Shown here: piece by piece, positions 59,101 to 64,000 of the stretch | Numbering within the stretch: position 1 is the first letter of the stretch | Layout: every line of letters begins with the position of its first letter | DNA from: a virus | Reading direction: 5' to 3' (one strand) | Length of the DNA: 64,000 nucleotides | IMG/VR virus record: IMGVR_UViG_3300035113_000077 | Coordinates: 1-64,000 of that record | Program-made: the position numbers and the translations under genes | Notes under the pieces: model-generated | What the model saw: only the letters and a program-made list of their open reading frames with translations | Database searches by the model: none | What the model was told of the DNA's origin: nothing

Positions 59101-60148
59101 TAAATTGCAATTGGTCAAATTGCATCTTTAGTGCAGCAGTTTCGACATTCCATTGATGTTGCGATTTTATAAGGTCTTCATTAACTAAAACACTATACTT
59201 ATCAGCTCTATCATATAGTTCTTGAATTGCTCCACTACCTTGATTTAATAGTGGAATCATCTGATAGCCAATTCTACGTGAGAATAAATCAGCAGCTAAT
59301 CTACTCTTTGTCATTCCATCCGGTAAAGTTTGAAATAAATCAGATACTCGTTTTAATATATCATTAGCTGGAAGTATATTGCCATGAGCATCTCTTAAAC
59401 TAACTCCAAAAGCTTTTAATTCTTTTTCAGCTTTACTTATTCCTTGTCCCCCTCTAGAGAGTTGAAGATTCATCAACATCATAGAGCGACCCATTGTTTG
59501 AATATCTATACCAGTCGCAGCTGCTGCTAGTTTTAATTCTTGAAATTGCTTAGTAGTTACTCCAGCTCTTGAAGCAGATCGTTCTAGTTCTTCTGCCATT
59601 TTGCCAGCTTTTTCTGGCATTTCACTAATTGTCTTTACTATTTCTCCTAATGAAGATGCTAGTTTCTCAAATATTAAAAATGCTCCTCCACCAGCTGCTC
59701 CTGCAATGATAGTGTTTAACATTCCACCACCAGTAGCAGCTCCAGAAAAACTAGCTAATAGTTTACTAAATCCTCCACCACCTCCTGCATCTGCTTTGTC
59801 TAATGATAACTGTTTTTCTTTCAAAGAAATTAACTGTTGCTGTAGCCTTATTTCATTTGACTTCGTTGTAAGTCTTTTTATCTGTGAAGCAGCTAAAGAT
59901 TTTTCGTAGTTTGTTTCTGCTTCTGCTGCTCTTTGTTTTGCTTTTATTAAGTTAATCTGAACTGCAGTTTGTTCTTTGGTTAATCTAATTGCTTCATCAT
60001 GTTGCTTCTTTGCTTCAGATGCAGACTTACTTCTTTCGCTACTAAGCATATTACTAAGTTTTTTAACAGTGCTTTCTACACCCTTAGCATTTTCAGTAAG
60101 AGCGGATAAATCACCTTTAAACTTCAGTAATAATGTTCTAGCATCCAT
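56153..60148 (-). CDS. tail tape measure protein
   Basis: 1331 aa, helical, Ala/Gln/Gly-rich; GVS.RDA.G........L..VSD.F motif; follows the chaperone pair. Confidence 0.88.
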   Translation of the reverse strand: MDARTLLLKFKGDLSALTENAKGVESTVKKLSNMLSSERSKSASEAKKQHDEAIRLTKEQTAVQINLIKAKQRAAEAETNYEKSLAASQIKRLTTKSNEIRLQQQLISLKEKQLSLDKADAGGGGGFSKLLASFSGAATGGGMLNTIIAGAAGGGAFLIFEKLASSLGEIVKTISEMPEKAGKMAEELERSASRAGVTTKQFQELKLAAAATGIDIQTMGRSMMLMNLQLSRGGQGISKAEKELKAFGVSLRDAHGNILPANDILKRVSDLFQTLPDGMTKSRLAADLFSRRIGYQMIPLLNQGSGAIQELYDRADKYSVLVNEDLIKSQHQWNVETAALKMQFDQLQFTLGEGILPLLVQVASWVNKIAEGWNQLAGVNAVKDFGNEVEAWARAKGMMAGKPQLKFSTDARSHMEEKVPEDLQRTLAEKRYGKQKASRMTFGKNNTWKDIYLELQSEGKPTNDLIELFAQKFPDALKKAETATSGLDKRLQDNTKSIAKVTELTIKYNEVVAQLKEKQEEAAIATKKSALTIAYDQGLITQESFLNQSRELDKQDHETKLKYLTEYKKLEIQKVQEAARQQITQLGGEEPEEGGDKASFAAEQQDKIKLLNQQTAEKVKIINVQTKEKILAENEKFAKENQQLDLQGVTSEIKANQLRIAENLKMQQEILTNDKSLLDYQLKQRTVSVDEYMAIREAQIKHEVELSNIAAQEEYNNGKKTPEALVQLENKRIEARIKSERELTDLLRNETQTRLSFSESRYQGSMGLFQGQQAIAQMMSGGSGVALSNNAVQMQIEATKRYKEEQQALLHSTMPLSNLWFQILGNMTKATQELMKMNIELLKSKSVMVNVGSIFQQLSSLIGQFGVTRGGWASVGAAGGILEQLGSARAKRSAQDKDGGAFSDLADAFKGFDWHDMSDSMQKFNEGIKGAVGAVGSFIQMIGSSHGKAGDIAGGAIGGMGIGGDIGDMFSKFSKFAGPIGQVAGAAFGGILSGIIGHKNNQTAQFINSVNKQMADLQAAISNGTTGIQQGIQQLQSLRQSVISQEGHSKKKQKAQLEQEAQAINDQIIALQRQQEAMFIDLGLQLKVLNSPTQFQGLLGSLKDIMDQYKKFAGAARDAKDLAMANQFLADSLRNFADTQATALNEAEQGAIQDAIKLNDLLRDRKQLLTDEAQTEYDIMTQGVLVNQRTVAMTKMQQIQQARNQMNIQLQQMDQDIALTTYKVNSEKQIFDLATTRIDLEAQLLKLQEAQTDKEILRIEALVQIVKMLQSGTPLTNMDQILAALGLNSAMASPAPLGNGGMGGSIEDWLNNIRANRARGGFGGAAGYLYS

Positions 60149-60153
60149 AGTAA

Positions 60154-60447
60154 TTACCTCTGAACAATTGGTATCTTAATTCCTTGTGATGAAAGAAATC
60201 TATAAGCTTCTTTACCAGTTACTTTGCGAAGATCAATTTCACCCTCTTCATTATAAAAGTTAGGTGATAAATCTTCCTCTTGTTCCTCTTCAATTTCTTC
60301 AGTAAATTTATTTCTTTTCTTCTTAGTAGTCTTAGAATTCTTTTCCAAGTTTAAGACTTGTTCACGTGACGAATATGACATCATTGCCATTTCAGATTTA
60401 GTAAACTTATCTTCTATTTCTGATAATGACATTTTAAATTCTTGCAT
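60154..60447 (-). CDS. tail assembly chaperone, frameshifted 'T' part
   Basis: In the -1 frame relative to 60465-61172 and open back to the slippery site. Confidence 0.65.
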   Translation of the reverse strand: MQEFKMSLSEIEDKFTKSEMAMMSYSSREQVLNLEKNSKTTKKKRNKFTEEIEEEQEEDLSPNFYNEEGEIDLRKVTGKEAYRFLSSQGIKIPIVQR

Positions 60448-60464
60448 CCAGCTACCTGCTGCAC

Positions 60465-61172
60465 TTACTGCTGGGCATTTACTAATGTTGTCGCCACGTC
60501 GCTTTGGAAGCCTTGGAAAAGAATCGAGAAAAAATCCCTCATCTTGTTTACCTCCACTTGAGCAAGAACTATGGTGGTTATTCTATAATTGGATAGATTC
60601 TCAATTACCCAAGCTTCAGTCAACCACTCATGTTTCTTTACTTTATTTTCTCCTCTAGGTGGATCTAAACAAAGTACACAACACTTTGCCAGTATATCTT
60701 GTAATGGTTGAAATAATTCCATCATTCCAAGAATCTTTTGTAGTACATCACCTTCAAATGTTCTTAAATTAAAACCGCTAAATTCTTGAGATGCTGAAGC
60801 TAAAGAATTCTTTGCAATGGAATATAATTCACGTTCAACACTTTGAGGTAATTCCTTCAATATAAAATCAATTGTATCGTTATCTTTTTGTAGTTTAACT
60901 TTAAAAGTTACATATTCTTTAGATAACAATTTCTGCAGTTCATCAGCGGATAGGGGGATTCTTTTCTTTCTCTCTTCTTCTTCAAATTTTTGAACAGCTT
61001 CTCGCAACATCTCATCGTTGTTTTTACGTAGATCATCTTTAAATAGAGCAATGTCTATTTCAAATTTCTTTTTAAATTCTTCACGTAATTGTGGTTCAAG
61101 TTCTAAGCGAAGTTGTAATTTTAAGGAATCAGTGGTGTCAATAGAATTTGACACTATAGGTGTGGTTGACAT
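60465..61172 (-). CDS. tail assembly chaperone (lambda gpG analogue)
   Basis: Between tail tube and tape measure genes; GGAGG RBS; T-TTT-TTC heptamer at 60534-60528. Confidence 0.7.
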   Translation of the reverse strand: MSTTPIVSNSIDTTDSLKLQLRLELEPQLREEFKKKFEIDIALFKDDLRKNNDEMLREAVQKFEEEERKKRIPLSADELQKLLSKEYVTFKVKLQKDNDTIDFILKELPQSVERELYSIAKNSLASASQEFSGFNLRTFEGDVLQKILGMMELFQPLQDILAKCCVLCLDPPRGENKVKKHEWLTEAWVIENLSNYRITTIVLAQVEVNKMRDFFSILFQGFQSDVATTLVNAQQ

Positions 61173-61224
61173 TCTAAACCTCCAAGCTTTCTCAAATAAT
61201 ATAAATTACTTCAACTAGAAAATA

Positions 61225-61256
61225 TTTATGGGTGACGATATTCTGTCACCCATAAA
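61225..61256 (-). terminator. rho-independent terminator after the major tail gene
   Basis: TTTATGGGTGAC/GTCACCCATAAA 12-bp inverted repeat followed by TATTTT on the minus strand. Confidence 0.65.
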
Positions 61257-61266
61257 AGGTTAATTA

Positions 61267-62397
61267 CTAAATAGGAACTCCAGTATTCGATGCTGGATAA
61301 TATGCTCTATAGCATACAACAGTTTCACCATCTAGTGGATCATCAAATGCCAATGATTCAAAAGACGCATCTAATTCATATCCAGTTTCATCGGTTGTCC
61401 CTACGTTGCTAATGGCCCAGTTTCCTAAATCTTTAAATTGACTAATCGACAAATGTGGATAATAGAATGCAATTTGATCACTATCAATTGTATCTAGTAT
61501 AAACAATGCCGACCAATCCATAATGAATGTTCCACCTTCTCTGGAAGTCCACCCATTTATTCTCTGGATTTTAGATCCAGTCGGTGGTGATGTTGGCCCA
61601 ACTAATACAGAAGATGAAGCGCCACCACCTGTAAACACTTGTTTCAAAACTAGGGCATCTTGGTTTCCAGCAATACCAGCAATTGGCCCAGCAACTACAG
61701 CAGTAATTAGATTCGTAAAGTCCGATGTTCTACGAATAAAATCAGTGTCTTGTGGAGCGTTGTTTACATATACTGGAACTCCATTTGATCCAATAAATCC
61801 AGTTGAAACTTTATCATAGTCAACATCTACTACTATCATTTGACCAGCAGCAAATAATGCACCAGATCCAGATGGTAGAAATACACAAGGCAAACCAGCT
61901 ACTCCAGGCTGAGTAGCTGTTCCTCCAGTGGTCTGATATCCAGATGCTCCAAGAGCTACAGCAGTAGTTCCAGAAGTTCCTAGTGGGTTCGTTGTTGAAG
62001 CTTGACCAGCAGCTAAGAAATTAAACACTTCGCAGCCAGAAGCAATTTTCAAAGCTAAGCGAGAATACTCACGAAACTTAAATTCAATTTCCTCCGATAC
62101 TTCACCACGAACCTTTGCTCTTGTTGCCCCACGATAGCCAGACTTGATCGACCCCACTTTGCTACCTTGTGTTAACTTATAGTCTTTAATCCATCCAAGA
62201 TCAAACCATCCTGCTGGCATGTTGTTTGTATTGAATGGTCCTTGAAATTGCAAATCTAAGATTGTAGGACCAACAGCGGAGTTTGTTTGGCCAGCCCAAA
62301 AGGGGGTATTGAATGGAGCAAAGAACCCTCTCCATCCTGCTCCAATTAAAAGTTGATTTCGTCTAAATGGTTGTACTATACCTTTAGATAGTGGCAT
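61267..62397 (-). CDS. major tail (tube) protein
   Basis: GGAGG RBS before MPLSKG; GWFDLGWI tube-type motif; synteny; followed by a terminator. Confidence 0.65.
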   Translation of the reverse strand: MPLSKGIVQPFRRNQLLIGAGWRGFFAPFNTPFWAGQTNSAVGPTILDLQFQGPFNTNNMPAGWFDLGWIKDYKLTQGSKVGSIKSGYRGATRAKVRGEVSEEIEFKFREYSRLALKIASGCEVFNFLAAGQASTTNPLGTSGTTAVALGASGYQTTGGTATQPGVAGLPCVFLPSGSGALFAAGQMIVVDVDYDKVSTGFIGSNGVPVYVNNAPQDTDFIRRTSDFTNLITAVVAGPIAGIAGNQDALVLKQVFTGGGASSSVLVGPTSPPTGSKIQRINGWTSREGGTFIMDWSALFILDTIDSDQIAFYYPHLSISQFKDLGNWAISNVGTTDETGYELDASFESLAFDDPLDGETVVCYRAYYPASNTGVPI

Positions 62398-62473
62398 ACT
62401 TAATTCCTCCAAATGTCCTTATTTTAAATTCCTGCTTTAACCATTCTTTCTTTTTTAATATGACACTATTTCT

Positions 62474-62998
62474 TCAGCTAGTAATTACATCAGCAAACTC
62501 TCCAACAGTTACTTGACATGCTCCATAAATTATTCCTTCTTGCTTTTCAAATCTAGTTGGCATAAATCGTGGTCTACTCCACCAAATACTATCTTGTGGT
62601 TGAACAGTTGGTACAGCCACTAATTTATTTCCTTGAACTTGGGGAGTGTAAACATTCTTATCACAAAAGTAAGGATATAAACCATTTATTAACTCAGACT
62701 TCATTTGATAATTAGATTGGTACCTACTTCCACGATTGTTTCCTACTTGATCTTGTGGTAAATCTGCTCCTTCAATTGTCCAAACCCACTGAGTTAAATG
62801 AGAGAATCCAATTGATGTCGCTGTTCCAGATGTTGGCATTTCTCCCAACAACAAAAGATAGAATGCTTCAGCTTGAACATTCTTCGGTGGCCAAGCATTT
62901 GCTTCAATCACTCCCATAACTGTACGTTTAGGATTTTTAGCTACAATTCTAGCTTTGACAAATTTAAAATAGCTATCGACGGCGTCTCTAATGTTCAT
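62474..62998 (-). CDS. putative tail terminator/completion protein
   Basis: Size and position directly before the tube gene. Confidence 0.45.
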   Translation of the reverse strand: MNIRDAVDSYFKFVKARIVAKNPKRTVMGVIEANAWPPKNVQAEAFYLLLLGEMPTSGTATSIGFSHLTQWVWTIEGADLPQDQVGNNRGSRYQSNYQMKSELINGLYPYFCDKNVYTPQVQGNKLVAVPTVQPQDSIWWSRPRFMPTRFEKQEGIIYGACQVTVGEFADVITS

Positions 62999-63540
62999 AT
63001 AATTCGTCTGTCAAAGATAGCTTTCAATTTCAAATAACGATCAGGGCCAACAAATTCTATCAATCGTTCTGTCCAAGATAATTTATCTTTGAATCTAAAT
63101 AATAATTTACCTTCTTTACAGTAAAGATTAAAATTACCTTGACTACAGCTCTCACAGTGCTGAACATGAGTTTGCCAAGATTCTGGAAGTTTCATCAACG
63201 ATGGCATAAATGACCACACTTCCAGCCAGTCAGAATCTACTTCCATGTCTCTAAATGTATCACATTTCCAAGTAAGAGTTATTCCAAAGCAATCGCGAGG
63301 CTTAAATATTACTTTCTGTAGCTGAGCCTCCATGAAATTTGTTCTATATAAACTAGTTCCAGTAAAATTCGATCCATAGCAATTAGCATTGGAAAAATTT
63401 GAATAGGAACAATCAGCATCTGTAAAATTACATTCTAATAATGAGCATCGACTAAAATCTGAAAACTTCAACTTTTGCTTTGAGAAATCTTTTTGATAAA
63501 ACTTCTGACCCGAGAATTTTGCACCATCTTGTTTTGTCAT
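62995..63540 (-). CDS. pentapeptide-repeat protein
   Basis: About 14 (S/A/C)-(D/N)-(F/L)-x-x repeats (SDFSR CSLLE CNFTD ADCSY SNFSN ANCYG SNFTG TSLYR TNFME). Confidence 0.85.
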   Translation of the reverse strand: MTKQDGAKFSGQKFYQKDFSKQKLKFSDFSRCSLLECNFTDADCSYSNFSNANCYGSNFTGTSLYRTNFMEAQLQKVIFKPRDCFGITLTWKCDTFRDMEVDSDWLEVWSFMPSLMKLPESWQTHVQHCESCSQGNFNLYCKEGKLLFRFKDKLSWTERLIEFVGPDRYLKLKAIFDRRII

Positions 63541-63555
63541 TCCAAATTACCTCAA

Positions 63556-64000
63556 CTATAAATTTAATGTTCCAATTGTATTAATCATATCTGATGCTAG
63601 ATCATTTACACCTTTTAATATTTCATCACCTGGTTCAACAACTTGTAAGCTATCGTATAAATCACCACTATCAATTGGTACGTTTTCTTGCAGTATGACT
63701 AAACACTTCTCTGAAATTCTTTTGTAAGCACCAGTTAACTCTTGTTTTAAACTATCTTCCGTAATTGATTCTTTTGAATCAAAACTTACTTTAGATAACT
63801 CATCTTGAATTATATTCCAATACTTATCTTCATTTATTGCAATCCATCCACTAGGAGCTTGGGTAGAAAACCACCTATTGGTAAATTGTCCTTTAGGATT
63901 TCTACCTTGAACTGTCTTTGGTCCTTTCTTCGTTTGTCTAATATTCCCCCACTCCCATACAAGTGCATAATTTGCTGGCGGCCCCACGCTTTGCACTCCA
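63556..64000 (-). CDS. HK97 gp10-like neck/tail-completion protein (5' end probably outside the window)
   Basis: VPIDSGDLYDSL motif (cf. APVDTGxLRxS); YALVWEWG. Confidence 0.5.
   Translation of the reverse strand, partial: GVQSVGPPANYALVWEWGNIRQTKKGPKTVQGRNPKGQFTNRWFSTQAPSGWIAINEDKYWNIIQDELSKVSFDSKESITEDSLKQELTGAYKRISEKCLVILQENVPIDSGDLYDSLQVVEPGDEILKGVNDLASDMINTIGTLNL

Noticed and set aside
1-64000. Plus-strand ORFs in the six-frame track
   Set aside because: All lie antisense to well-supported minus-strand genes and show no recognisable motifs.
1-64000. CRISPR array, integrase/att site, tail sheath, reverse transcriptase/DGR, alternative genetic code
   Set aside because: No spaced direct repeats or such genes were seen; long genes translate intact with the standard code and end in all three stop codons.

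Overview
AT-rich fragment of a large tailed-phage genome. Essentially every real gene is on the minus strand. In transcription order (right to left) it holds: a siphovirus-type tail module (HK97-gp10-like protein, tail tube, chaperone with a -1 frameshift, 1331-aa tape measure, 2179-aa tail-tip protein ending in an intein-like Hint domain); a replication/recombination and nucleotide block (SF2 helicase, dCTP deaminase, DnaB-like helicase, primase, 5'-3' exonuclease, sigma-like factor, ThyX, DpdA/TGT-like protein plus FolE, beta-clamp-like protein, MazG-like protein, UDG-fused family A polymerase, gp32-like SSB, RecA-like protein, DnaX-like clamp loader, SbcD-SbcC fusion, two HNH genes); an accessory region (FkbM methyltransferase, cold-shock protein, tRNA-Leu(UAA), GH108 endolysin, RmlB, stand-alone TSCPD domain, many small ORFs); and finally beta-helix/fibre-like proteins with export signals, holin-like genes and a Mu-gpF-like head protein. 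The most unusual signal is a 154-nt non-coding element (26097-26250, minus) that reproduces the uL11-binding GTPase-associated centre (H43/H44) of 23S rRNA, including a covaried base triple, with a ~95-nt structured insertion. Other leads are the Hint domain on the tail tip, a G13 tract in front of folE, and an HNH gene flanked by a duplicated 5' end of sbcD. All functional calls come from motif recognition by eye; no database searches were run.
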